From IMG/VR virus record IMGVR_UViG_3300045988_125296: a stretch of 64,000 bases of DNA, one strand, 5' to 3'. This document shows positions 44,400 to 54,743 of the stretch, piece by piece (positions within the stretch are counted from its first letter, which is position 1; every line of letters starts with the position of its first letter). Source of the DNA: a virus. The notes beneath the pieces were generated by a model. The model had not been told where the DNA came from. It searched no databases and saw only the letters and a list, made by a program, of their open reading frames with translations. Both the position numbers and the translations under genes were made by a program.

Positions 44400-44674
44400 C
44401 GTTTAATCCTACGGAGTACCATTTATGGTATAAAGAATACCCTATGTTCAACCTTTGGGCTGTACAGAAGGGTATTCTTTTCTTTCCAAAAGAATATGCA
44501 GAAGATGATGAGCTTGGAAAGTATGATTTAACGTCAAAATCGTATATCCTAATGAAACGTCTCGGCCAAGATTACAACCGAATAATGCTCATGGATTCGG
44601 AAGATAGAGATAAGTTTTTTAAAATGGAAATGGAATTGATAAAAGAAGAATCTAAGAAAAAAGACATGTCATGA
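44396..44674 (+). CDS. tail assembly chaperone candidate
   Basis: 92 aa, in the position upstream of the tape measure gene. Ends with G AAA AAA G at 44656-44663. Confidence 0.5.
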   Translation: MTFNPTEYHLWYKEYPMFNLWAVQKGILFFPKEYAEDDELGKYDLTSKSYILMKRLGQDYNRIMLMDSEDRDKFFKMEMELIKEESKKKDMS

Positions 44675-45255
44675 AACTTATAGCTACAATATTAAATTCA
44701 TCGGAAAAAGTTTTATCCCGTTTTGTTGCTCTTGGAGAAGGCAACGTTTCTACTTACGATAACTTAAAAAAAGCTCCCATAGGAAGTACATATTTGGACC
44801 GTTTAAATAAAAGTTTCTATCAGAAAATGAGTGATGATGGCTCAGTGTCTGATTGGGGTTTACTTGGAGGCTCTACTCCTACTAAAACAGGTGTATTTCC
44901 TATGGAGCCATCTGAAATCGTTTTAAATCTCCCGATTTATTCATTACAGAGTAATGTTGAAGTCGGTTTGGACGATGTAGTACGTGGACAACTTAATCAC
45001 ATAGAAGAATGGGAAGAATTTTCCTCGGAAAAGGAGGAACAATCCGGATATTATGTATCTTTGTTTGTTCCTCTCCCAGAGGGCAGCACTTCTGCAAAAA
45101 TGCAGAAAGACTCTGCACAAGAGAAAGTAATTGACGATGGGATTATTGTTCTTCGTATAGACGATACGACTAAATCTGTTAAGATTACGATTACTTTGGG
45201 AGAATCGGAAACTCTTACACGGACTCTTGATTTATCGAAACTTGAAAAACTTTAA
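44671..45255 (+). CDS. tail-module protein (possible chaperone extension)
   Basis: 194 aa in the -1 frame relative to 44396..44674. It has its own ATG (ATGA overlap). Confidence 0.5.
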   Translation: MKLIATILNSSEKVLSRFVALGEGNVSTYDNLKKAPIGSTYLDRLNKSFYQKMSDDGSVSDWGLLGGSTPTKTGVFPMEPSEIVLNLPIYSLQSNVEVGLDDVVRGQLNHIEEWEEFSSEKEEQSGYYVSLFVPLPEGSTSAKMQKDSAQEKVIDDGIIVLRIDDTTKSVKITITLGESETLTRTLDLSKLEKL

Positions 45256-45260
45256 TTAAA

Positions 45261-47405
45261 ATGGCAGGAAGTGGTAAGGCTCAATTTGCTTATGATTTTG
45301 GAATAGCCATCTCGCAGAGCACTTTAACTAAGTTAACACGGCTTACTGGGGCTTCTCTTACTTTGGCTTCGGCATTTTATGCCTTAAAGAGTACTGCCTC
45401 TGAATACGTTGACGTTTTGAAAGAGAACACTATCCGATTAGGAGGTGTTCTCTCTACTATGCAAGCTATGGAACAAGCTCAACGGAGACTTGTTCAAGGA
45501 CAATCTTACTTTGACGTTAGCGACCAATTAAAAGGTATGAATCAGCTCATGTCTGTTGGCGTTAAAGTTGGAGAAAATCTTGATTGGGTAAGTAAAGCCG
45601 CTCATGCTACGGGTAAGAGTTTTGCCGAATTTTCAGGACTTATCACAAATGCCATCAATGGGAATTTACAAGGCTTAGTCGATGCCGGCTTTATGACACA
45701 AAGAGCGACAAAAATGTTCGCTAAGTTTCAAGGCAATACTGTGATGATGCAGAATGCCGTTATGAACTTTCTTAAAACGCATAAAGGGTTAATGAGGGCC
45801 ATAGAGAATGACTTTGTAACAATTCAAGATGGCACAAATAGACTTAAAGGGGTATATAAATCTTTCTTACATTCTGTAATTGGTAAGCCGAATGACCCAA
45901 GTAGTCTTTACGGGGCTTTTTCTGGAATGCTTCAAATGATTGGAGATAAATTTGGTAAAGGCGGTGAACTTACCCAGAACATGATTGCCATAAAAAGGTA
46001 TGGCGAAGGAATTGGTATGGTTCTTAATTGGGTTGTCACCCAAGTTGGGCATACGATAGTTTGGCTCGGTAAACAAGCTAAAAAAGTTACTCAGACTTTA
46101 CTTGGTTCAAGTGATACTTTTGCAGAACGAATGAGGTCTTTTGTTGTGTGGTTGGAATTTTGGAAACTTCGAGTCGTTGATTTTTTCAAGGAATATGGTA
46201 ATGAGATAAAAGGTGTACTTAAACTTCTTATTGCGTACAAGGTATTAAAAAGTGTATTCGTTATTGGAGATGCTGCTATGAAGTCGGTTAGGTCTTACAG
46301 AACTGGACTTCGGCGTACTTTTGCCCTACGAGAAAGGTATGTTAGACGTATGCGTGATGACGGAAATAAGTATACTCGATGGCTTCAATCACTGGCTGTT
46401 TTTTTACCACGATGGGCCAGAAAAATATACGTTTCTGTGGGAAAGATTCTTAATTTGGTATTTTTCAATCGTGAAATTATCGCTGAAAAATTAGGATTTT
46501 TCCTCTTTAAGGTTAAACAAGTTTTTGGTTTTGTTGCAAAAGGACTCAAATTTATTTTTGGTCTTATTAGAAATATAAGAGTTATAATACCCGCATTAGC
46601 TAATGGATTTAGAGCTTTATTGACTGCTTTTAGCACTACCAATCCATTAGGGTGGATTATGCTTGCTGTTGCAGCAGTTGTTATGTTATACAACAAGTTT
46701 AAAGGAGTTAGAACCTATATAAATGGTGCTCTTAAATTGTGGTGGGAACAGATAAAACTTCTTTGGAATATCATTGCCACCGTCATCAATGCTGTTATTT
46801 ATGGCCTTAAATGGCTATGGGAAAAATTTAAGGAATGGATAATTACTCCCTTCGAGAATTTATTCTCGATGATAGGTGATGGCCTTAAATGGATATGGGA
46901 TAAGATTAAAGATTCACCTATTGTGAAATGGCTTCGGGAGAATATATTTGAACCTATTGAACATGTTTGGGATATAGTTAAGCAAATATTCTCAAAATTT
47001 GCAAATATTCCCGGAAAGATTGCCAATTTTTTTGGCAAAGGTAATGACGCTTTACATGAATTAAATGAGAAAATGGCTGCTGAGACAGGAGTTAATCTTG
47101 CAGTCAAAGGCGGTAAATACGATGAGAATGACTCCGAGAATTATATGGATAGATTGTTCGGTAAGAAAGATGAAAAAACCGACACACCCAATCCATTAGC
47201 GACATCTTTTAACATGCCCAGTGACTTTGGAAGTGTAGGTGGTGGAAATAGTGGACCTTCTACTAATTTATCATTTGGAAACGGAGCCATTCAGATTATT
47301 GTACAAAACGGAGAAGGCATCGATGAGAATGTTCTTGCCCGAAAAGTTAAACAGGTTATTCTTGATTTGAAGAGAGATAATAATGTGAGAGGAGGTACAT
47401 TATGA
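45261..47405 (+). CDS. tail tape measure protein
   Basis: 714 aa, helical, with central hydrophobic/W-rich repeats (LKWLWEKFKEWI, LKWIWDKIKD). Sits in the canonical position. Confidence 0.8.
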   Translation: MAGSGKAQFAYDFGIAISQSTLTKLTRLTGASLTLASAFYALKSTASEYVDVLKENTIRLGGVLSTMQAMEQAQRRLVQGQSYFDVSDQLKGMNQLMSVGVKVGENLDWVSKAAHATGKSFAEFSGLITNAINGNLQGLVDAGFMTQRATKMFAKFQGNTVMMQNAVMNFLKTHKGLMRAIENDFVTIQDGTNRLKGVYKSFLHSVIGKPNDPSSLYGAFSGMLQMIGDKFGKGGELTQNMIAIKRYGEGIGMVLNWVVTQVGHTIVWLGKQAKKVTQTLLGSSDTFAERMRSFVVWLEFWKLRVVDFFKEYGNEIKGVLKLLIAYKVLKSVFVIGDAAMKSVRSYRTGLRRTFALRERYVRRMRDDGNKYTRWLQSLAVFLPRWARKIYVSVGKILNLVFFNREIIAEKLGFFLFKVKQVFGFVAKGLKFIFGLIRNIRVIIPALANGFRALLTAFSTTNPLGWIMLAVAAVVMLYNKFKGVRTYINGALKLWWEQIKLLWNIIATVINAVIYGLKWLWEKFKEWIITPFENLFSMIGDGLKWIWDKIKDSPIVKWLRENIFEPIEHVWDIVKQIFSKFANIPGKIANFFGKGNDALHELNEKMAAETGVNLAVKGGKYDENDSENYMDRLFGKKDEKTDTPNPLATSFNMPSDFGSVGGGNSGPSTNLSFGNGAIQIIVQNGEGIDENVLARKVKQVILDLKRDNNVRGGTL

Positions 47406-48277
47406 TAGAGACATTAGGACAATCAGCTATAAACAGTGCTATAACTGCTGGTAGAAGTGAGTTTATGTCTATATTTAGAAAGGCTCCTTCTCATGCTTAT
47501 TCTTCTGACAGATACCCAAGACCTTATTCGTCCACTCGTGGGATTATTATCGACAAGAGATTTGTTGAAGGCGTTAGTACTCCTGATTTAAGCAATGGTT
47601 ATCGCTTTCAGTTTAACCCACAAACTATTAGTGACGTAAAAGAGACTTTATATGAGCTTCGTTCATACGCTGGACTTCCTTATAACGACTATATTTGGGG
47701 TGGTGGAGGTGAGAGAATTATTTCTTTCCAGTTATTTTTAGACAATACACCTCAATCGAAACAAAGCTCTTTTAGACCTACGTCTTATGGGTCTAAACTT
47801 GCAAAACAATTTCAAACCGAAGGTAATGATTATTCCTCTAATAAGGACCGAAATTTTTTCGGGCGAGATACTGTTGCCGATATAAAGAGTCAAGGACGTA
47901 CTATTAAAGAAAATATATTCCCGTCCTCTGGACCCGATAGTTTCAAATTTACCGATACGGGTGCTTACTCTTTATCAAGAGTAGACGCACGTGGTATTTT
48001 ACCCGAAGTCGAGCTTATACAGTCTTTTCTGTACCCTGCCCCTTTGGATAATGAAAAGACCCCTAAATTTGCAGAAGGAGGAATGGTCTCCAAAAGACAA
48101 TTTAGACCTCCTGCTATCGTAATATTGGCCATAGGCCCCCTATATTTAGAAGGGGTTATAAAGAGTGCCCCTGTTTCATATACTCTTTTCGATAAGGATT
48201 TAACACCTTTAAGAGGTACTATCGACATTGAGTTTGGAGTTTTTGAGTTTATGGAAGTTAAAGTAATGGATTTATGA
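47402..48277 (+). CDS. baseplate-proximal tail protein (tube-initiator-like)
   Basis: YRFQFNPQTISD block typical of contractile-tail tube/initiator family proteins. ATGA overlap with the tape measure gene. Confidence 0.5.
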   Translation: MIETLGQSAINSAITAGRSEFMSIFRKAPSHAYSSDRYPRPYSSTRGIIIDKRFVEGVSTPDLSNGYRFQFNPQTISDVKETLYELRSYAGLPYNDYIWGGGGERIISFQLFLDNTPQSKQSSFRPTSYGSKLAKQFQTEGNDYSSNKDRNFFGRDTVADIKSQGRTIKENIFPSSGPDSFKFTDTGAYSLSRVDARGILPEVELIQSFLYPAPLDNEKTPKFAEGGMVSKRQFRPPAIVILAIGPLYLEGVIKSAPVSYTLFDKDLTPLRGTIDIEFGVFEFMEVKVMDL

Positions 48278-48567
48278 TTAGCCCTTCTTTTTATAATAAG
48301 AAAAACCTTGTTGCCCAATTTTTGGGTGGTAAGGTAGCCCATTACCCTATAAAAGATGCATCGGTAACATTAGAATGGTATGAGTATGTTTTAAAGGTGG
48401 ACGAAAATCTTTACACAGTTGCGGCTAAAATTTTTGGTGATGATTTAGAATATCTTTGGACATATATAGCAGATAATAATCCTCCACGGCTTCCGGATGC
48501 TTGGAATCCCGGAGATATTATAAGACTTCCAAAAATTATAATAAGAGATTCTGACGTAAAAAGATAA
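48274..48567 (+). CDS. LysM-domain tail protein (P2 gpX-like)
   Basis: YEYVLKVDENLYTVAAKIFGD...NPGDIIRLP fits the LysM pattern. Confidence 0.65.
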   Translation: MISPSFYNKKNLVAQFLGGKVAHYPIKDASVTLEWYEYVLKVDENLYTVAAKIFGDDLEYLWTYIADNNPPRLPDAWNPGDIIRLPKIIIRDSDVKR

Positions 48568-48569
48568 TC

Positions 48570-49922
48570 ATGACACTATATAGACCTTTACAACCTCAAT
48601 TTAAGCTCATGGTCTATGATGGTAATAAAATAGACCCTGACGTGTTAAAGACTTTACCGGGTAGAAACATTATTGATAACTATTTGGATATAACTCCTTA
48701 TGTGACGTACCCAGTAACTTATGAGGAACATGCGGACCTATTAAATACGGTTTCATTTACCGTTAATAAAAATGCAGACATACTTTTATACTACTTTTTT
48801 GTGGGTCAAAAGGTTATGCTACACGGAAAAAATCATTATTCAGATGATGATGAATTTCAGCATGTTTTTTCTGGAACAGTTACACGTCTTAAAACGTCTT
48901 TTACGGATAGTGGAGCCATCTCATTTACTGTGGAGTGCATGAACTATGGGTTTACGAAATTCGGTAAGGACAAGAAACATTTTGTGTACCCCGATAAGAA
49001 TAGTCCACGTAAATTTGCCCAATCTGAGGAGCTTTCTCTGTATGACCTTATTAAAGGTATTGCTGAGGAGAACAATTATGAGATAGGTGTAATCGATTTG
49101 TCCTCTGATTCGAGAAACGTTAAGATAGATAAGATACATATTAGGTATCAGAAAAATATGTCTGACTGGAAATTCCTTATTGACCTTGCCAGAGATTTTG
49201 GATGTACTGTGTGGTTTTCTTCTGAAAATGGGGTTGACAAGATAAATTTTGCGTCTTTCCAAAAAGCTATGCAGATGCAATCAGACATTGTATTCCTTTT
49301 TCCTCTTTATGGGGTTACTAATAAACAACTTAAATGGGACTCTACAATTAGAGATTCTGAGGTTCAATCTTTTCCTAACTCCTCACAGAAACGTCCCAGA
49401 ATCTTAAAAGAGGTTCAAATTGATGAAGATATATCTTTGGCATATTCTGTTTCTCGAACAGCTATGTACTATGATAAAGAAACTGGTGATTATAAAGAGT
49501 CTGTCTCTATGATAACCACCGATAAAGACGGCAGGCGTAAGATAACATTTTATGAACTTGATGAAGAACGAGTCAAATGGGTTAAAGAACACGACCCAGC
49601 TTTATATAAGAAAATTTGTAATGGAGGTCCTACTTCTATGGAGTGGGGAGACGACTCGACTAACCCCGAATTTTCTAGTTTCTATTATACCGCTAAAACT
49701 ATTTATGACGAGCAAACAGCTGTATTTGACAGAGCGTTTTTTGGTATAACCGTAACAGCTAAATGTAATCAAGATTTGAACATTCGTTCTCAAAGAACTT
49801 ATAGGATAAGAGGGGTATTAAGTTACCATAGTAAAGACTTGGAAACCTCTTTCTTTTTACGGGGTCTTAAACAAATTTGGGATTCTGATGGTGCATGGAC
49901 TGAATTAGATTTTATACGATGA
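48570..49922 (+). CDS. baseplate hub protein (gpD/gp27-like)
   Basis: 450 aa. Called from position after the LysM protein and before the spike-like gene. Confidence 0.55.
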   Translation: MTLYRPLQPQFKLMVYDGNKIDPDVLKTLPGRNIIDNYLDITPYVTYPVTYEEHADLLNTVSFTVNKNADILLYYFFVGQKVMLHGKNHYSDDDEFQHVFSGTVTRLKTSFTDSGAISFTVECMNYGFTKFGKDKKHFVYPDKNSPRKFAQSEELSLYDLIKGIAEENNYEIGVIDLSSDSRNVKIDKIHIRYQKNMSDWKFLIDLARDFGCTVWFSSENGVDKINFASFQKAMQMQSDIVFLFPLYGVTNKQLKWDSTIRDSEVQSFPNSSQKRPRILKEVQIDEDISLAYSVSRTAMYYDKETGDYKESVSMITTDKDGRRKITFYELDEERVKWVKEHDPALYKKICNGGPTSMEWGDDSTNPEFSSFYYTAKTIYDEQTAVFDRAFFGITVTAKCNQDLNIRSQRTYRIRGVLSYHSKDLETSFFLRGLKQIWDSDGAWTELDFIR

Positions 49923-50341
49923 TTGAATTTGGAAAAATAACCGGCGATACTGAGAATAACTTAATCGAAGTTAGATTACGAACAGGAGAATGTCTTTATG
50001 CTCCTGTTGTTATTATGGGTACAAATGTGACGATTCCCTCGGCTACTTGGATTTCAGCTAATAAAGATAATTTTCTCGCTTTGGTAACTTATGAGAAGGA
50101 TATGTTTATTTCTCCAATGATTATTGGGTTCTATCCAGTTAAAGGTGCGAAAGCATCTTCCTACAATACTACTGAAAGGTTACTCTCGGTAATAAAATCT
50201 CTTGTAGAACAACTTGGTAAGGCCACTATAAATACTCAGATAGGTCCTCAACAGTTTAGACCCGATACTTTAATGGTTTTAGATGACCTTTCTGAAACAT
50301 TGAACGACATCGAAAAGAATATTAACTCTATAAAATTATAA
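49919..50341 (+). CDS. baseplate spike candidate (gpV-like)
   Basis: 140 aa. Called from position only. Confidence 0.4.
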   Translation: MIEFGKITGDTENNLIEVRLRTGECLYAPVVIMGTNVTIPSATWISANKDNFLALVTYEKDMFISPMIIGFYPVKGAKASSYNTTERLLSVIKSLVEQLGKATINTQIGPQQFRPDTLMVLDDLSETLNDIEKNINSIKL

Positions 50342-50342
50342 C

Positions 50343-50888
50343 ATGGCTTCAATAAATGACATGCAGAATACCTTAGATAAACTTCGTGTTGGAGATTCGA
50401 TACCGGGTCTTTCCTCTGAGAGTATCATCGATAATTATGTTGAGGTGGAGTTTAAGGACGCTCTTGATAAATGCGAGTCTGATGATAAGAGAAAAGCTAT
50501 GAAGGATAAGTTTGTAGCTTTCTATGCGGACGGTCCGGGTAAAAAATTTATAGACGAAAATATCTCTCAGATTAAATATCTGTACAAACAAGTAAAAGAC
50601 AGCATCAATGCCTTAAAAAATAGTGCTACGCAGATAACAGCTTCTAATCTTGTGCCATCGGTTATTACAGTTGGAACAGCCACTTCTACACCTAACCCCG
50701 CTTATACGGCTATTGATAACTCCCAGAAAAAACAGAATTTGCTCGCTGTATTAAAAAGCGTAACTGATTTTTTAATACAGTTGTTTAGCTACGCCTTACT
50801 TTTAGATTTTGTTTTACCTGATTCTGTCCAAGCCTTAGTTTCCACACTTGCTACACTTACAGCTATTATTAACGCAATACCCGGATAA
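50343..50888 (+). CDS. hypothetical baseplate-module protein
   Basis: 181-aa ORF. Confidence 0.5.
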   Translation: MASINDMQNTLDKLRVGDSIPGLSSESIIDNYVEVEFKDALDKCESDDKRKAMKDKFVAFYADGPGKKFIDENISQIKYLYKQVKDSINALKNSATQITASNLVPSVITVGTATSTPNPAYTAIDNSQKKQNLLAVLKSVTDFLIQLFSYALLLDFVLPDSVQALVSTLATLTAIINAIPG

Positions 50889-50890
50889 TT

Positions 50891-51253
50891 ATGAAAGGAT
50901 TACCAAGTAGATTTATTCTTAAAAATGGCCGATTTTTTTTGACGGAAGGAGTCGAAAAGTCAAGGGATAATATATGGTTTTATTGTATTTTCGATAAATT
51001 TCGGATTTATACGTCAGATTTTGGCGGCAATTTTATATCTTTGGTTCAGAAACCTGTGACATATCTTACTATGAATAGAACTCTCCTTTTGGGTTCATTG
51101 CAAAAAGGTATTCAAAAGTATGTTCCAGATGTTTCTATAAATGCTCTTGACATTGGATACGTATCTAATGACAGAAAAAATTACTCTCTAATGGTGGAGT
51201 ATAATTCTGTTCAAGAAGATAAAAGTGTTATTCAAGACGTTACATTTGTTTAA
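50891..51253 (+). CDS. gp25/GPW-like baseplate wedge protein
   Basis: 120 aa, directly upstream of the J-like gene. Weak motif support (RIYTSDFGGNF). Confidence 0.5.
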   Translation: MKGLPSRFILKNGRFFLTEGVEKSRDNIWFYCIFDKFRIYTSDFGGNFISLVQKPVTYLTMNRTLLLGSLQKGIQKYVPDVSINALDIGYVSNDRKNYSLMVEYNSVQEDKSVIQDVTFV

Positions 51254-51264
51254 AGAACTACTTT

Positions 51265-52776
51265 ATGGCTACTACTAAGGAACAACTCTTACAGTATTTC
51301 AAAGGTTTGGATATTGCTACGCTTGAAAAATTGCAGAAATACTCGAACCTCCTTATTATTCCTGATGAGGACTTGCTAGTAAATGCTACGATGTCTCAGA
51401 TGGTAGATAAGGCTCATAGTCTTGCTGATTCATTATTTCCAGAATGGACCGATAGAAGTAAATCTGATTTTGGAGAGTTTTTAGTGGAACTCTTTGCTCT
51501 TTTTTCTGAAAAAGATTTTTGGTATATAAATGCCTTTGCCAACGAGGGTATTCTTAGAAAAATGCGTTCTTATAGTAATGCTTTCTCAAAGGCATCTTCT
51601 ATGGGTTATCAACCTATTACATGTAAAGGGGCTGAGAGTAATTTCAATGTGACTTTCTCAGCGGGAGAAGAGACATCTTATGAAAAAGGTGACTTGGTTA
51701 TTGACGTAAATGGAACCAAATTTACGAATGATGAGAATTTTGAGGTGAAGAAAACTTCGTCAGATACTTCCTTAGTACTACTACTACATGAGGGGACTCA
51801 CTTTTCCGAAGACATCACCTATAATGGGTATAACATTCTTCTCCGAAAAGCTAACATAGATATAGATAGTATTTCTATTGTAGTCGATAATATCACTTAT
51901 ACAAGAGTTAGAAATTTTGGATTATCCTCTATCGATAGCTATCATTTTATGGTTCTTCCGGAAGAAGATGGTTCTTGCTCTATATATTTCGGCAATAACG
52001 GATTTGGAGTACAGCCTTCAATCGGTAAGATAGTTCACATTGAATACCGTATTTGTAAAGGTTCCGATGGCAATATATCTGTTGCATTAGCGACTGTAAA
52101 TGATAGCCTACCCTCTCGGAAAGCTATTTCGGCATCGATGCTGTCTAATGCAAAAGGTGGTATTTATGCCGAATCCTTAGCGTCTATCAAGGAGAAAGCT
52201 CCTTTATTTTTTAATACTAAAAGAGCGGCTATCAATGAAGAAGTCTCACAAGATATATTAAATAGTTTCTCTTTTGTTCAGAAGTCCAAAGTTATCGTTC
52301 AAGGTAGAAATGTTACTTATAGGGTTATTCCGACCTCTGGATTTTTTGAGCCTACTGTTGAAGAACTTACGGTTATTCAACAAGAGTTTTATCCTTATAT
52401 TATGGCGGGCTATGAAGGAGCTTATGTTCAAAATGAATACAGAAACCTTGTTACCGCTGCGGATATATCCGCTTCCAAGATAATTATTGACGCTATAATA
52501 TTATCCGGGTATAATCGAGACTTCATAGAAAGTTCCATAAGACAAGTTATGGAAGATGTTACTAACCCATTGGTAGATGCTGATTATGGCAGTACTTTTA
52601 TCAAATCTGACATAGATATATTGATGAGGTCTCGAATTAGTGGCTTACAAAATGTCACATTTAAGATTCAAATGGGTCCGCAAGAGGTTATTATGCCTGA
52701 TGTGACTCTTCAAGAATATGAGATATTCAGAAAGATAAGTCAAAAGGATTTAATTGTTAGGATAAATGTTGTTTAG
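51265..52776 (+). CDS. baseplate J-like (gp6-like) protein
   Basis: 503 aa. Canonical order gp25-like, J-like, I-like. Confidence 0.6.
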   Translation: MATTKEQLLQYFKGLDIATLEKLQKYSNLLIIPDEDLLVNATMSQMVDKAHSLADSLFPEWTDRSKSDFGEFLVELFALFSEKDFWYINAFANEGILRKMRSYSNAFSKASSMGYQPITCKGAESNFNVTFSAGEETSYEKGDLVIDVNGTKFTNDENFEVKKTSSDTSLVLLLHEGTHFSEDITYNGYNILLRKANIDIDSISIVVDNITYTRVRNFGLSSIDSYHFMVLPEEDGSCSIYFGNNGFGVQPSIGKIVHIEYRICKGSDGNISVALATVNDSLPSRKAISASMLSNAKGGIYAESLASIKEKAPLFFNTKRAAINEEVSQDILNSFSFVQKSKVIVQGRNVTYRVIPTSGFFEPTVEELTVIQQEFYPYIMAGYEGAYVQNEYRNLVTAADISASKIIIDAIILSGYNRDFIESSIRQVMEDVTNPLVDADYGSTFIKSDIDILMRSRISGLQNVTFKIQMGPQEVIMPDVTLQEYEIFRKISQKDLIVRINVV

Positions 52777-53413
52777 TAATTGCATACCGGATAAATTACA
52801 AGAGTACCCCACTGTAATGAATTTCATGAGGCTTCTTGACTCGTTGCAAGAAGTTAAAACCTCTATTATTGCAGATTCTTTACGTGTAGATAATGCCGCT
52901 CTTTTAATGGATAAAAAATGGCTGCTTAAAAAACTTGATGAGTTTGGATTCTCAGATTTTCCCATTGAGTACCCTATTCAGATTATGCAACAATTTCTTC
53001 TCAATGTGGACACTATTTGCCGTACTCGTGGAAGTAAGATAGGTATTCAACTCTATTGTAGCGTTTTATCTCTTGGAGAGGTCAGTGTTTTAGACGCAGA
53101 TTTTTATGTAAGACCCTCGTTAATTATTTTAGATTCTATAAAACAAGGGTACATTCTTGCAGATAGTAAAGACGAAAAATTTTATATCTGTGATGATAAT
53201 AGCCGCATAAATCCTGAACAGAGACTTACTATTATAATACAAAGTAAGTTCTTCAATGGAGATTTCCCCAAAGAAGAATCCATAATAAAAGAATACTTAC
53301 AAAGTACTCTAAGAAACCAATTGGGATTTTCCCCTAATTTACAGATAAATTTTACTTTTGACCCCAAATCAGATTTTTATTATCATAAGCTATTAAATCC
53401 TTATTTCGTATGA
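52766..53413 (+). CDS. baseplate/tail protein I-like
   Basis: 215 aa. Called from position. Confidence 0.45.
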   Translation: MLFSNCIPDKLQEYPTVMNFMRLLDSLQEVKTSIIADSLRVDNAALLMDKKWLLKKLDEFGFSDFPIEYPIQIMQQFLLNVDTICRTRGSKIGIQLYCSVLSLGEVSVLDADFYVRPSLIILDSIKQGYILADSKDEKFYICDDNSRINPEQRLTIIIQSKFFNGDFPKEESIIKEYLQSTLRNQLGFSPNLQINFTFDPKSDFYYHKLLNPYFV

Positions 53414-54669
53414 GCAAAATTGTTGACAAAGTATTCGATGCTGGAAAAAAGATAATTCGCAGCGTTTTTTTGGGTTCTCCGAATCTATTTACAACGTCTG
53501 ATTTAAATAGACAGATTGAGGCTATTAAATATCAATTAGACTCACTTGATGACAAAGTAGGAGTTTGTTCTGACCTTGATTTTTCCTTACAGTATAATGA
53601 GAGCCTTTTAACAGTACAAATAGGTATTATTAGTTATGTGGAGACCAAAGGTTGTAAGTTTACACTAGCCCCAGCAACTTTAAGTATCAATTTTACCAGC
53701 ACTTCATCAGTAGTCTATGTACAGCTACTTGCCGATAAGAAAACTGTTACTTACGAAGATGACCGCACTCATGATATAGCTGGAGCTAAATTTGAGGACG
53801 GAACTTCTTCTCCTGCGGCTAATCAGATTATATACGAAAACGAAAAACTTAAATTAAGTCATGCTTCAACCGATGACGAAGGTAAGTTAGTTGCTATTCT
53901 TGGAATGTTTTGTTTGTCTGATGCAGGAAATATTCTGTGGTTTCCCAACTTCACTGCTAAGAATACGCCCTTAGCGTTTAGGAAATCTTTTGTTCAAGAT
54001 TTAGACCCGTCTGTTAAGGGGAGTATTCAGATAGGAGATTCTTATGACCGTGCTTTTTCCATTTTAGAAAATAAATTAAACAATAAAATAACCAGTAAAT
54101 GGACATCTTTTGGCAGTGATGACACCGTAAGATACCTTATTAAGAATGGGACCTTATACATTAAGGTCAATTCCCGAAGAATACATTATGCTGTTGCTTC
54201 TAATATGCAATTAGTGTATTTTTGTAATATAATGAGCCTTAAATATTCCAAAAATACCCCCTCTTTGTTTCAATATTTTAAGGACTTGAATATACCGGCT
54301 GAAAATTTAAACACCTATGACATCTCAGACGTAACATACGCATCTTTTTTACCCTATGGAGAGATTGGTTCATTTCCTATTTTTCAAGGAAAACACCCGC
54401 AAGATTCTCCTATACGCCCTCCAAGATACAGTTTTGCGAAAGTTTGTTTAGCTCTTGTTTATAATATTAAGGGTGAATTGGTAGATATTCAAGTAGGAGC
54501 TTATATAACGCATCAGATGCTCATCGAGGATAATAATGGAAGCTCCGCTACCATTTATGAATCTGGATGTGACGGGCTTATTCCGTGGAACTATTACAGA
54601 GATAATGTAGGTAAAGGTGAAATCATTATTCCTAATCTATTAGGTGTTTTTCCACTTCCGGGTCTTTAA
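53410..54669 (+). CDS. tail fibre / receptor-binding protein candidate
   Basis: 419 aa. Last gene of the tail block. Confidence 0.5.
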   Translation: MSKIVDKVFDAGKKIIRSVFLGSPNLFTTSDLNRQIEAIKYQLDSLDDKVGVCSDLDFSLQYNESLLTVQIGIISYVETKGCKFTLAPATLSINFTSTSSVVYVQLLADKKTVTYEDDRTHDIAGAKFEDGTSSPAANQIIYENEKLKLSHASTDDEGKLVAILGMFCLSDAGNILWFPNFTAKNTPLAFRKSFVQDLDPSVKGSIQIGDSYDRAFSILENKLNNKITSKWTSFGSDDTVRYLIKNGTLYIKVNSRRIHYAVASNMQLVYFCNIMSLKYSKNTPSLFQYFKDLNIPAENLNTYDISDVTYASFLPYGEIGSFPIFQGKHPQDSPIRPPRYSFAKVCLALVYNIKGELVDIQVGAYITHQMLIEDNNGSSATIYESGCDGLIPWNYYRDNVGKGEIIIPNLLGVFPLPGL

Positions 54670-54685
54670 TGGACGCTATTTGTAG

Positions 54686-54720
54686 ATATTTATATTTATA
54701 TTTATATTTATATTTATATA
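54686..54720. repeat. hexanucleotide microsatellite (ATATTT)5 plus ATATA
   Basis: Counted directly: five exact ATATTT units from 54686, then ATATA. Confidence 0.95.
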
Positions 54721-54743
54721 GTATAATGTAATTATAAATAGTT

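Noticed and set aside
44623-44632. The T6 run (aag ttt ttt aaa, T's at 44624-44629) in ORF 44396..44674 as the chaperone frameshift site.
   Set aside because: A -1 shift here enters a frame that hits TAA immediately (gtt ttt taa). It would only truncate the protein and could not produce a fusion with the downstream ORF.
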